Shown in pieces: positions 25,771 through 37,574 of a stretch of DNA of 64,000 nucleotides. The notes under the pieces were generated by a model. That model had not been told where the DNA came from. It saw only the letters and a list, made by a program, of their open reading frames with translations, and made no database searches. This DNA comes from Macrostomum hystrix (Eukaryota; Animalia; Platyhelminthes), in contig CATNEN010000007.1 in assembly GCA_950097015.1 (NCBI GenBank), forward strand, positions 12,648,001 through 12,712,000, in the 5' to 3' direction. A program made the translations under genes and the position numbers. Within the stretch, counting starts at the first letter, position 1; each line of letters opens with the position of its first letter.

Positions 25771-27366
25771 GCTGATGGCTGGAATTCTGCTGCTCTCGGC
25801 TGAAATTCAAAGCCGTCAAGGATGAGAGCCAGCTGACAAAAGTACAAAGTTTCGCCCAAGGCCGAGTTCCGGTCTGCTTGTGGGAGCTCCTCCGACTTAC
25901 TGGCAGCTGCTGTCCCGGCCTTTGCTGCTCCTGCGCTCTGTGGGATCTGCTGCGCCCGCGCTCTAAAAGAGTTAAGTGGGAGAAATGCGGAAGGTGGAAG
26001 GCTGGTCAGGAGAAGAGCAGGTGGGGCAGAGCTCTCGGCTGTGAGTAGCTGGGGTGGACTGGCAGCGCAAACAATGGCAGGCAGGTACGGCTGGGTCGGC
26101 TGTGCGAGAGAGAATGGCGAGAATGGACGGAGGCTGTGGGCGGCGGGTGAGCGGGGAGGCGGCTGTCTGGGCCGGGCCGTCAATCGATAATCCGCGCGGC
26201 CCCGTCTCCCAAATTTAAGCTGCTTTGGTGGGTCTGGCTGCAGCGCGCACCTCAGCTGCCAGTGCGGGAGAACTTTTCACCTGTCCGCCCGCCCACCCCC
26301 GCAGACTGTCCGCGTTGAGGATGCAGAACAATGGCGAGGATGGCAGCCGACTGTCAGGTTCCCAGGCTCCCCACCTCCATCCAATTGGCCTCCCTCTCCC
26401 TCACTCATCCCAAAGCGCTCTGTTGTTTTCGACGGGGAGCTCAGCGCGCCTAGCAACAGAGCAGTCGGGGGCTCCGGCTCAGCTGAGCGGCGGAGGGGAG
26501 GGCCAGGTGGAAGCTGCTCTAATTTATTTTTGGTACAAATGAATCCCAGTTTAGTCCCACAAGGGGATTTAATCCCCGAACTCAGGCTGATTATCAACCG
26601 GCCAGATTATTCGGGTCTTCAACTCACACGGTCTTGAGTCCGAGTCGGCGGTTGTTGCGGCTCACAGGGCGGGTCGCATCCGGATTGTCTCAGTTCTGCT
26701 CGGCCTTCTTAAGTCTCACCCAGAGCTCCATGTCTGCAGAGCCGCTTGCTGAGGCGCGCTAAAATAGCCCCCCTGCCTGCACAGCTCTCGCAACCCAGAC
26801 CAGCCAGCCAATGGGAGCCGAGTTGTGTGCGAGGCCGAGGCAGAATCGATACGCAGTTGAGGCCACTTTGAGCGGAGTGCGGAGTGACGAAAGCGAAGAG
26901 CGCTTGCAGAATGCAATTCCGATCCCTTGAGATCCCCCAACCCTCTGCACAAATGGGATCTGTGGGGGCGCCAGTTGTTCGCGCCTGAATTCCGGAATCC
27001 ACCCTCCTTGGGAGATACGGAAGCGATCAGTGATCCCACTGCTAATCTCACTCCGCCGGGTCGTTAGTAGCTGAGGTTTTTGATAATCCAGGTAGATGGA
27101 ATTAGCGGGCAGTAAGGCCAGCTCGTGACACGAGCTCTGCCGCTGGTTTCGAGGCCTGAGTGCTTAATCCCTGAACTCCGCTGCTGACAAAAGTTGGTCT
27201 ATTCAGACCCTCGCTGGGATCCGATAATAGCTACTATTCTGATGCCAGGCACTGAGAAAGACCAGTTTATCCTCGATTGTTATTGCTTTTCAGTTTGTAC
27301 TTATAGGAGCCCGTTAGGGGAGACGAGACTACCGCGAAAGAAGAAACTTGGTTGACAGTTTTAGAT

Positions 27367-28135
27367 GCCAAGGTTGGCAGCCAGAGAGGCAAGGGTGGCA
27401 GTTAGAGAGTCAAGGGTTGGCAGATAGAGAGGCAAGGGTGGCAGCTAGAGAGTCAAGGGTTGGCAGTTAGAGAGGCAAGGGTTGGCAGATAGAGAGGCAA
27501 GGGTGGCAGCTAGAGAGGCAAGGGTGGCAGCTAGAGAGGCAAGGGTGGCAGTTAGAAAGGCAAGGGTGGCATTTAGAGAGGCAAGGGTGGCAGTTAGAGA
27601 GGCAAGGGTGGCAGCCAGAGAGGCAAGGGTGGCAGTTAGAGAGTCAAGGGTTGGCAGATAGAGAGTCAAGGGTTGGCAGATAGAGAGTCAAGGGTGGCAG
27701 TTAGAGAGGCAAGGGTTGGCAGATAGAGAGTCAAGGGTTGGCAGTTAGAGAGGCAAGGGTTGGCAGATAGAGAGGCAAGGGTGGCAGCTAGAGAGGCAAG
27801 GGTGGCAGCTAGAGAGGCAAGGGTGGCAGTTAGAGATGCAAGGGTGGCATTTAGAGAGGCAAGGGTGGCAGTTAGAGATGCAAGGGTGGCAGCTAGAGAG
27901 GCAAGGGTGGCATTTAGAGAGGCAAGGGTGGCAGTTAGAGATGCAAGGGTGGCAGCTAGAGAGGCAAGGGTTGGCAGTTAGAGAGACAAGGGTGGCAGCT
28001 AGAGAGGCAAGGGTGGCAGTTAGAAAGGCAAGGGTGGCATTTAGAGAGGCAAGGGTGGCAGTTAGAGATGCAAGGGTGGCAGCTAGAGAGACAAGGGTTA
28101 GCAGCTAGAGAGGCAAGGGTGACAGTTAAAGAGGC
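27367..28135. repeat. 21/22-bp minisatellite
   Basis: Unit ggcaagggtggcagctagaga. Confidence 0.95.
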
Positions 28136-28734
28136 CAAAAGTTGTATTCAGATGGGCCTGAAACTGAACTTGGTGATTAGAGATAGGAAATGATTTATTG
28201 AACACATGTGCCAGCTAAAAGCATTCCCTGGGATTGAGTAGACTCGTGAGAGTGAGTCCACAAACCGACAGGCGGACTCCATGGAGACTGGGACGGAGAA
28301 AGTGTATTTGAGGAAATTGGCAATAGAGGCTCGGAGAGGTTTCTCCGCAGTGAGATGAGCAGTTTGCGAGCATTCTGACACCTTCTGCTCACCCCAGAGC
28401 ACGCGAAATCCAGATTTCAATTGCGCAGAGCCCCACTAAACAGTGCTGAGCACATGTGAGAATGTTTGAGCGCAGCCCAGTCATTTGTTCATTTTCACAG
28501 TCGATAAAAAATTCTGCATTTAAAACCGCGTAGGCTTGAAAGCAGCGGAGCTCAGCTAGGCACTGTGGCCAGAATTAACAAGCTCAAGCTCAGACTAACT
28601 ATGACAGTTTCTAAATGCATGCGCATTCTCAATGTGGAGTGGAGCGAATGCAGACACAGGCTCCGTAAAGCAATCATAAAAATTAATTTCTGCTTCCGTA
28701 TTGCTTCTGCTTCTGATTCTCCGAAACACATTTA

Positions 28735-28993
28735 GCTGACAGTTCCCAGCCTGCTGACAGTTCCCAGTCTGCTGACAATTCCCAGCCTGCTGACAGTTCC
28801 CAGCCTGCTGACAGTTCCCAGCCTGCTGACAGTTCCCAGCCTGCTGACAGTTCCCAGCCTGCTGACAGTTCCCAGCCTGCTGACAGTTCCCAGCCTGCTG
28901 ACAGTTCCCAGCCTGCTGACAGTTCCCAGCCTGCTGACAGTTCCGAGCCTGCTGACAGTTCCCAGCCTGCTGACAGTTCCCAGCCTGCTGACA
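28735..28993. repeat. 18-bp minisatellite, ~14 copies
   Basis: Unit ctgacagttcccagcctg. Confidence 0.95.
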
Positions 28994-29288
28994 GAAATTT
29001 TGAAACAAAGAAAACAGAGCGAAACTCAACAAGCCGAATGCCAATATACGAGATAAATAGATTAACGTCTCAACTGCCCTACCTATGCAAGTAGTTTACC
29101 GTAAAAGTACAAAAAAGTTGAACTTGGCTCAGAATTCAATTTGGCTCTGGGAAACTGCAGTTCTATGGTAATTTTAGGCCCCTGCCGGGTGGAGGTGTTT
29201 CAAGCATTTAGTGCGCAAGCTGCAGCCATGCAGTCGAGGCCGCATTCAGCACGAAGCATTCCTAAGCCTTTTGGAGCTCAATCAGCTA

Positions 29289-31354
29289 ATGGCGACTGCA
29301 GTAGCCCAGCTGCCCTATGAAAAGCAAAGCAGAACGAATCAGCGACAGCAACTTGAAGTGCAGCTAGAGCAGCAGCAGCAGAAGCAACCTCAGCAGCAAC
29401 AGCAATCACAACAACAGCAACAGAATCAGCAATCACAACAACAGCAACAGAATCAGCAATCACAACAACAGCAATCACAACAACAGCAACAGAATCAGCA
29501 ATCACAACAACAGCAACAGAATCAGCAATCACAACAACAGCTACCACAACAGCAACAGCAGCAGCAGCATCAGCAGCCACCTCAACAGCAGCAGCTAGAG
29601 CAGCAGCAGCAGAAGCAATCTCAGCAGCAACAGCAATCACAACAACAGCAACAGAATCAGCAATCACAACAACAGCTACCACAACAGCAAAAGCAGCAGC
29701 AGCAGCAGAAGCAACCTCAGCTGCAACAGCAACTACAACAGCAACAGCAGCTGCAGTATCAGCAGCCAACTCAACAGCAGCAGCAGCAGCTAGAGCCGCA
29801 GCCAACTCAACAGCAACAGCAATCACAACAGCAGCAACAGAATCAGCAATCACAACAACAGCTACCACAACAGCAACAGCAGCAGCAGCATCAGCAGCCA
29901 CCTCAACAGCAGCAGCTAGAGCAGCAGCAGCAGAAGCAATCTCAGCAGCAACAGCAATCACAACAACAGCAACAGAATCAGCAATCACAACAACAGCTAC
30001 CACAACAGCAACAGCAGCAGCAGCATCAGCAGCCACCTCAACAGCAGCAGCTAGAGCAGCAGCAGCAGAAGCAATCTCAGCAGCAACAGCAATCACAACA
30101 ACAGCAACAGAATCAGCAATCACAACAACAGCTACCACAACAGCAAAAGCAGCAGCAGCATCAGAAGCCACCTCAACAGCAGCAGCAGCAGAAGCAACCT
30201 CAGCTGCAACAGCAACTACAACAGCAACAGCAGCTGCAGTATCAGCAGCCAACTCAACAGCAGCAGCAGCAGCTAGAGCCGCAGCCAACTCAACAGCAAC
30301 AGCAATCACAACAGCAGCAACAGAATCAGCAATCACAACAACAGCTACCACAACAGCAACAGCAGCAGCAGCATCAGCAGCCACCTCAACAGCAGCAGCT
30401 AGAGCAGCAGCAGCAGAAGCAATCTCAGCAGCAACAGCAATCACAACAACAGCAACAGAATCAGCAATCACAACAACAGCTACCACAACAGCAACAGCAA
30501 CAGCAGCATCAGCAGCCACCTCAACAGCAGCAGCTAGAGCAGCAGCAGCAGAAGCAATCTCAGCAGCAACAGCAATCACAACAACAGCAACAGAATCAGC
30601 AATCACAACAACAGCTACCACATCAGCAACAGCAGCAGCAGTATCAGCAGCCACCTCAACACCAGCAGTTAGAGCAGCAGCAGCAGAAGCAACCTCAACA
30701 GCAACAGCAATCACAACAACAGCAACAGAATCAGCAATCACAACAACAGCTACCACAACAGCAAAAGCAGCAGCAGCATCAGAAGCCACCTCAACAGCAG
30801 CAGCAGCAGAAGCAACCTCAGCTGCAACAGCAACTACAACAGCAACAGCAGCTGCAGTATCAGCAGCCACCTCAACAGCAGCAGCAGCAGCTAGAGCCGC
30901 AGCCAACTCAACAGCAACAGCAATCACAACAGCAGCAACAGAATCAGCAATCACAACAACAGCTACCACAACAGCAACAGCAGCAGCAGCATCAGCAGCC
31001 ACCTCAACAGCAGCAGCTAGAGCAGCAGCAGCAGAAGCAATCTCAGCAGCAACAGCAATCACAACAACAGCAACAGAATCAGCAATCACAACAACAGCTA
31101 CCACAACAGCAACAGCAGCAGCAGCATCAGCAGCCACCTCAACAGCAGCAGCTAGAGCAGCAGCAGCAGAAGCAATCACAGCAGCAACAGCGATCACAAC
31201 AACAGCAAACAAAACAGCATAAGCCGCAGGTGCAACAGCTGCATCAACAGCAGCATTCAAAAAACAAACGGCAGCATCAGAAACAGCAATCACAGCAGCA
31301 GCAGCATTCGAAATGCCAAGTGCAGCATCAGAAGCAGCAACAGAAGCTACAACC

Positions 31355-31405
<51 letters not shown>

Positions 31406-31730
31406 GCAGCAGCAGAAGCTAGCGCAGCTATCGAATCGATGGCCCTTTTCGTGCCTTGGCAAACGAAAGTCGTCGTCCTCCAGACTGGTGGCGCCGTTTG
31501 CGACGCCCCAGACTGCTGGCAGCTCTGTGTTGGGGGCTCCCCGAGATCACCAAGATCTGGCGAAAGATACGGACGTTGCAGAGCTGGCGGCGCGACCCGT
31601 CACTGCTGGTTTGGTGTCACCAGACCTGGGCGCGAGTTGGCCAGTTCCGCTGCCCTCGCTGGCTCAGCAGCGCTCAATCATACTCAGCTTGGACAGCATT
31701 CTTGAGCAGCACCAATGCCAGCTAGCCTAA
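29289..31730 (+). CDS. Glutamine-rich repetitive ORF (~813 aa from ATG 29289); coding status unproven
   Basis: Stop-free frame of ~2.5 kb built from a 135-bp (45-aa) unit plus variant blocks; short unique N-terminus and ~100-aa unique C-terminus; no recognisable domain. Confidence 0.4.
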
Positions 31731-31732
31731 CC

Positions 31733-32452
31733 TCGATTCAGTCCAGTTTCCTGCCCGAGTCCATGCTGGCGAGCTACTAAGCCTCTGTGAGCGTCGATTC
31801 AGTCCAGTTTCCTGACCGAGTCCATGCTGCCGAGCTGCCAAGCCTCTGTGAGTGTCGATTCAGTCCAGTTTCCTGACCGAGTCCATGCTGCCGAGCTGCC
31901 AAGCCTCTGTGAGCGTCGATTCAGTCCAGTTTCCTGCCCGAGTCCATGCTGCCGAGCTGCCAAGCCTCTGTGAGTGTCGATTCAGTCCAGTTTCCTGCCC
32001 GAGTCCATGCTGCCGAGCTGCCAAGCCTCTGTGAGTGTCGATTCAGTCCACTTTCCTGCCCGAGTCCATGCTGCCGAGCTGCCAAGCCTCTGTGAGCGTC
32101 GATTCAGTCCAGTTTCCTGACCGAGTCCATGCTGCCGAGCTGCCAAGCCTCTGTGAGCGTCGATTCAGTCCAGTTTCCTGCCCGAGTCCATGCTGCCGAG
32201 CTGCCAAGCCTCTGTGAGCGTCGATTCAGTCCAGTTTCCTGCCCGAGTCCATGCTGCCGAGCTGCCAAGCCTCTGTGAGCGTCGATTCAGTCCAGTTTCC
32301 TGCCCGAGTCCATGCTGCCGAGCTGCCAAGCCTCTGTGAGTGTCAATTCAGTCCAGTTTCCTGCCCGAGTCCATGCGGCCGAGCTGCCAAGCCTCTGTGA
32401 GCGTCGATTCAGTCCAGTTTCCTGCCCTAGTCCCTGCTGCCGAGCTGCCAAG
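31733..32452. repeat. 61-bp tandem repeat, ~12 copies
   Basis: Unit tcgattcagtccagtttcctgcccgagtccatgctgccgagctgccaagcctctgtgagcg; starts 3 nt after the polyQ ORF stop. Confidence 0.96.
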
Positions 32453-33781
32453 CTTGACTGTCTTTCGAGAGACCGTTGAGATTTCATTTGAATTGCCACT
32501 TTTTAGTTTCGAATGCTATTGCACAGTTTATGTTCTTGTCCTTGTGAGTCATGCCCGTCTCGATGGGGCCGAGAAATACAAGGCTAGGAATGCTATGCCT
32601 TTAGTTGGAAAATTTATCAATCAGGTATTTAGTCGATTATTTCAAATCTGATTAACAGTAGAAATACGATGCGCGGCGCATTTCAAATGCACACGTATTG
32701 CTGCATCTCCCAAAATACGAGGGGTATTCAACCAATTGTCATGAAAATTCGTCTCTTTTCGGTTCTATCCGATGAAACAACTTCCAGAATGCCAAAACAT
32801 GGGTATTCGATATTCAAGATTCTTGTCGAGGTATCTGGAGGCGAAAGCCATCAATATAGGCTTTGAAATCTGGACTTTCGCGGTGGACTTTCACGAAAAT
32901 TGGTCATTCGGTTTGGGAGCTATTTTGAAGTAGGCAATGGGTATTTGAAATGCCCCCGTGGTCGTTTTCCAGGGGTGAAAATAGCGTGCTCTTTCTGCTG
33001 TTTATCGGAATGTGCTAATCATTCACCCGAAAGAGTCTCAGGAAATCCACCGATTCGGACTGCTTTGGTTCTCAGAGCATTTTCTATGCAATCCGCAAGG
33101 CATGTTAGGCCACAGCTTCCCTTTTTCATCTTGAAGTAAACGCTTTTAGTGCTCGACCGGAGCACTAAGCGAAAATAAAAAGTCCCTTCAACAGGCTGCA
33201 AAGCAATGCATAATTACACTTTTCGAGCATTAGGAATGTACGAGCGTTGATTGACAACAGATAGAATCTGCTTGCTGATTAGCATCTATTTGCAGATGGT
33301 GCAACAGGGTGAGTTATAAACCTGCGAATATCAGCCATGCAGGCCGAACACAAGTGCCGCTTGCTATTGAAGCAGAACGCTGACTCGCAAGCAACAACAA
33401 AATAAGTGCCAACTGTCTACTGTAAAGCGCTCACAATTGACATGCGATTTCATAGGAACTCTATCTGATGCAGGTCCGGCCCGCAATTCGGTGGGAAGAA
33501 ACCTAAGCGGATCTTGTTAAGCAAAAAACTTGTCTTTACATTTGTCACCTGTAGTTTTTCAGCTGAGGTTAAACTATTTCTTTCAACGCCACAGGTCGCA
33601 TGTTTAGTTATTATACTAAAAAATGAGGGCATTCTGTAAATGGAAAACTTGCACAAAATGAAAAAACTTGAGACCGCTGCTAGTTTAGCCGAAACGAATA
33701 AGCGGGAAAATTCTCAACAATACGAGCTACCAAAACAAAGTGAGCAGAATTTGTCTTTGCCGACGAAAACTTTGCACCGCT

Positions 33782-35044
33782 TTAAGAGGCCTTGGCGCCG
33801 CCGCGCTGTCCTGCAGGCTTGGCGGACCTTGCGGGCGCCTCCGCCGACTTCGGTGTGTAGGAGAATGCGGAAATGATGGCGATGACCTCGGTGACGGCCG
33901 GGAAGGCGATGCAGAAGCCGAAGATGTAAAAGAAGTCGTTGACTGGCCAGGAGTCGAGTAGGAACAGCAGCAGAGCCACCGAGCCGGCAAAGTGCGAGGC
34001 GGTGGCTGTGATTGGGTTAGGGAAACTCTGAGTTAAGGAATCGCGGATCGTTTATTGTCTGCTTTTAGTGGCTATTTGGTTGGGACAGGAAAGCCCGATG
34101 GCTGCGGACTGGGCAGAGTCAGAGCCCCATTTACAGCTGCTTGCGCAGGCTGCGCTCAATCAGCTGACTGAGGTCGAGGAGTGCGGGCAGCGCGATGGTC
34201 ACTGCGAAGATCGGCCAGAATCGGCTGTAGCTCCAGGCCCACATGACAAAGTAGCAGGAGCTGACTGTGCCGCCGCAGTGGATCATGATGGCTGCAGGAC
34301 GGGTGGGACAGAGAGTTAAGGATTATTTTGCTCGCCTTGACCTCCCGCAAAGTTGTAAGTTTCTACTACTAAAAATTTTATTTTTCAAAAGGATACAGAA
34401 AAGGCTTTGTGTCGGCAAGAACATCGTCACGCCGAACAGGAAGGACAGCATCTCAAATGCAAACAAAAAGCAGGAGACCGCCAACACGATGATGAACCTA
34501 AAATTAAATTCAATACGTTGTGTTAGTAGCTAATGCGAGCGAATTTATTCGCCATAAGATATTTATTTTTTCAACTTTCAAATGAAAGCGATACACTCTT
34601 ACTTGAGATCTTCAGCATTGTATTCTGCCGTGGTATAAGTAGTTGACAAAGAAGCCTTTATATGTAGATCCTGCAAGATCAGATTTTTAGAAGCAGATTT
34701 TTGCGGACTTAAGTAAAAAATTTGCATCAAACTGAGAAGCATGCATGGAAAAGACACCTAAAAGTGTAGAAGCTAAAAAAGGCCAAAGTCGCTTTTCATA
34801 GAGAGAGACAAACACAGGCGCATATATTCAGGGCGTAAACGTAGTTGAAGTGTTTTTAACTAGTACATAGTATTAGATTAAAAATTAAGCCTCATGTCTT
34901 ATTGATAAAATTAATGTACATGTTACCTATAACTATAATATGATTAGAAGTGGAACTTACCCGAGAAATAAAGATCGTTACTGTGATTATAATATGGGAA
35001 ATCAGAACTAGAAAACGAGCAGGTATAAGACCATTTACTCGCAT
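33782..35044 (-). CDS. TMEM107: Transmembrane protein 107 (ciliary transition-zone, MKS module), isoform using distal last exon (158 aa)
   Basis: Exons 35044-34961 (MRVNGLIPARFLVLISHIIITVTIFISR), 34670-34603 (DLHIKASLSTTYTTAEYNAEDLK), 34497-34397 (FIIVLAVSCFLFAFEMLSFLFGVTMFLPTQSLF), 34005-33782 (STASHFAGSVALLLFLLDSWPVNDFFYIFGFCIAFPAVTEV...). Matches TMEM107 motifs LVPSRFL, GVSMF..TQSL, AH..ASVAL, YIF.FC.A.PAVTE. Confidence 0.92.
34131..34291 (-). CDS. TMEM107: Alternative proximal last exon of TMEM107 (137-aa isoform)
   Basis: CAG acceptor 34294-34292, phase 1 like the distal exon; encodes SIMIHCGGTVSSCYFVMWAWSYSRFWPIFAVTIALPALLDLSQLIERSLRKQL*, which aligns to TMEM107 TM3-TM4; AATAAA downstream at 34056-34051. 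Confidence 0.8.
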
Positions 35045-36001
35045 CTTGAATGAAATTATGAAGTTGCTGCTTGTAACAATTAATGGAAAACACCAAACTA
35101 ATCCAAACCGCGAAGTCCAACAACCAACAAAAAATTGTTAAGAATGCGTAAGTTAAAAGCATTACAGTTTAAACAAGTTTCATCATAAATTCTTGGCAAC
35201 GGCATATTTTATTGTATAAAAAGTGTTTAAAAAACATATACGTGTTATCTGCAGATATTAAATTACAAAGAAGCTATATTACAAAACAACTTTGTTAAAA
35301 TAGACGCATAAAAGATTTAAAACAGTTCAGAAAAAAGCGTAAAAAATTAAAGGCACACTTCGTAGATCGTGGATAACTACATAAATAAATTTCTATTTGT
35401 TGTTTGTTTCTGTAAAGTAAATAAGTGAGCATTTTTAGTGTTCGTATATCCACTATTTGGGACTGAATTTTCAATAGAGCTTGAAGCTGAAATATTACTA
35501 TGATAAACCTAAAGCATGCTTTGAGGTTCCGTTCCTCTTTGCTTGGAACCTGTTCAAATGCACTTTTCAAAGATGTATCACTTAACTCCCCAACATGCAA
35601 TCTAATGTTTGCCGCGATTCCCTCAGGTAATTGCTGATAATTGCTGACCTTGCTGCTCTGTTATGAGCTTCGGTTTAGTATTTTTGGCTCACTAGTAATA
35701 ATAATAAATATAGTATTACAGTGTACCTAGGCTTAATCCAACCACATTCCTCATATCCGAAAACTTTATGGACAGCATATGCGTGACATATAGCGCACAA
35801 CATGATTCTGAGTGTTTTCTAAGATTTTAAGTAAGATTGCTTTAAATAGGTTTTAAAAAGGCTTTAAATTATTCTTATGTGTTCTTATATCTAGAACAAA
35901 TACCATAAATAGCTAATCATTATATTTTAAATGTTGTTTAATCTATAAAAAATATTACCAAGTTTAGCGTTTTTTACTTTTGTATTAAAAATAAAGTTCT
36001 A

Positions 36002-36981
36002 TGAGGTGCATTCAAAAAGTTCTTTTCGGTCCTTTGGCATTGTTTTGTAAATGACACACAGAACAAACTTTTTTCGAATGCTAGGCCCCTACAAGTTAAG
36101 TTTATGGCCTAAACCTTCCTAAGTTTTTAAGCCTTAGCTGGTGACTGTGTCTGAGCTACATGCATTTTTTTAAGCTACCCATCTATTTCTTGGCCATGGC
36201 AGAATCTTTTTCAAAGCAAGACGTTCGGAGCTTGATGAAGTTCCAATTCCTGCAAAGAAAGAAACCTCCGGAGATGTTTAGAGAGCTTCAGCAAGTGTTT
36301 GGTGACAGTGCACCAACTGAACAGACTGTTCGAAAGTGGTTCCTGTTGTTCACTGAAGGCAGAGAGAGCATCAAGGACAACGACCGCTCTGGAAGACCAA
36401 TGACTGCCACCAATGAGACCATGGTGAAGAAAGTGCAGGAGCTCCTGGATGATGATTGGCAACTGACTTGTGAAGAGCTGTCAGAAGATGTTGGAGTGTC
36501 AGTTGGCAGTGTGCACACCATTCTGACAGAGCGTCTCAACCTGCAGAAGAAATTCAGCAAGTGGGTGCCACACCTGCTAACAGGTGAGCAGAAGATGCAA
36601 TGTGCTCTGGCCGCCACCAACCACCTGTGCCATTTCCAGCGAGAAGGAGAGAATTTTCTTTCGTCTACCCTACTTGCCCGATTTGTCACCCTGTGACTTC
36701 TTCCTATTCCCATCTGTGAAGAAGCACTTTTAGGGCATTTGATTCGACAACATCGAGCACATCAAAGCTGCTTGCCAAGGTGCGGTGCGTGAAATGGACG
36801 CAAGAGGTGTGGGTACTGGAATCAGAGGTCTGGTGCATCGCTGGCAGAAGTGCAAGGACATTGGTGGTGAATATGTTGAGTGACCAAATGACATTGAATG
36901 ACCTAACCATGTTTTCATTGTTCCATATGTTTTTTGTTAATTTTTGCTGAGCACCGAAAATAACTTTTTGAATGCACTTCG
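36002..36981 (+). mobile_element. Internally deleted Tc1/mariner DNA transposon
   Basis: ~30-bp imperfect TIRs (tgaggtgcattcaaaaagttcttttcggt / accgaaaataactttttgaatgcacttcg) flanked by TA on both sides. Transposase N-terminus from ATG 36196 (HTH domains, WVPHLL motif) is joined out of frame to a PYLPDLSPCDFFLFP...RWQKC..IGGEYVE tail containing stops. Confidence 0.93.
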
Positions 36982-37253
36982 TATATGGCACACATTGTTA
37001 TACTAGTATATTAATGTAAAATAAAAATACATGCCATTAAGTAACAGAACATACCCTAAACATGTTAATGTAGGGGTGCAAAATGTATGGCATGAAAATT
37101 TTTATCAAACCCTGGCTTAGCAAGTCAACTTGCTTGGTGCACTAACCCCACCTTAACTAGACTTAGAGTTTAGTTGTAATCAAAATTTTCCTATATCTGT
37201 AACCATATCTTTGTTTCCAAAATTTTCTTATAGCCTGTCCATATCAATATCCA

Positions 37254-37574
37254 CATACATGTGCAACCTCCCAAATCTTAGCTGGCCGTGGGACATAGTT
37301 TTTGCTCTATTTACGACTTTCATTGCTCTATTTACGACTTAGTTTGTTTCATTGCTCTATTTACGACTTAGTTTGTTTCATTGCTCTATTTACGACTTAG
37401 TTTGCTCTCATTTGCTCTCTTTTTCTCTCCCCTTTTTCCTCTTCTTCACGCCTTCCTTTTTTGTCCCTTGGTCCCCCCTTTGATTTTTTTGTGCTTGGTT
37501 GATTCGTTTTTGCAACTTACCTTGCTTGGCCCTCATTTCACCCAGCCAGTTCGGCCGGGTGTTGCGCATGTATG
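37254..37574. mobile_element. Non-autonomous hAT-type MITE, copy 2
   Basis: TIRs CATACATGTGCAAC / GTTGCGCATGTATG; perfect 8-bp TSD AATATCCA (37246-37253, 37575-37582); inverted homolog of 9489-9768. Confidence 0.88.

Noticed and set aside
29278-31293. 671-aa Ala/Val-rich minus-strand ORF
   Set aside because: Antisense shadow of the CAG/CAA repeat.
32671-32960. Short inverted repeats (cggcgcatttcaaat / atttgaaatgccccc) suggesting a degenerate MITE
   Set aside because: Short, imperfect match, no convincing TSD and no second copy in the window.
33150-33780. U8 snoRNA (SNORD118), which lies at the TMEM107 3' end in vertebrates
   Set aside because: No recognisable U8 5' motif or box C/D arrangement by eye; an Infernal/Rfam scan would be needed.
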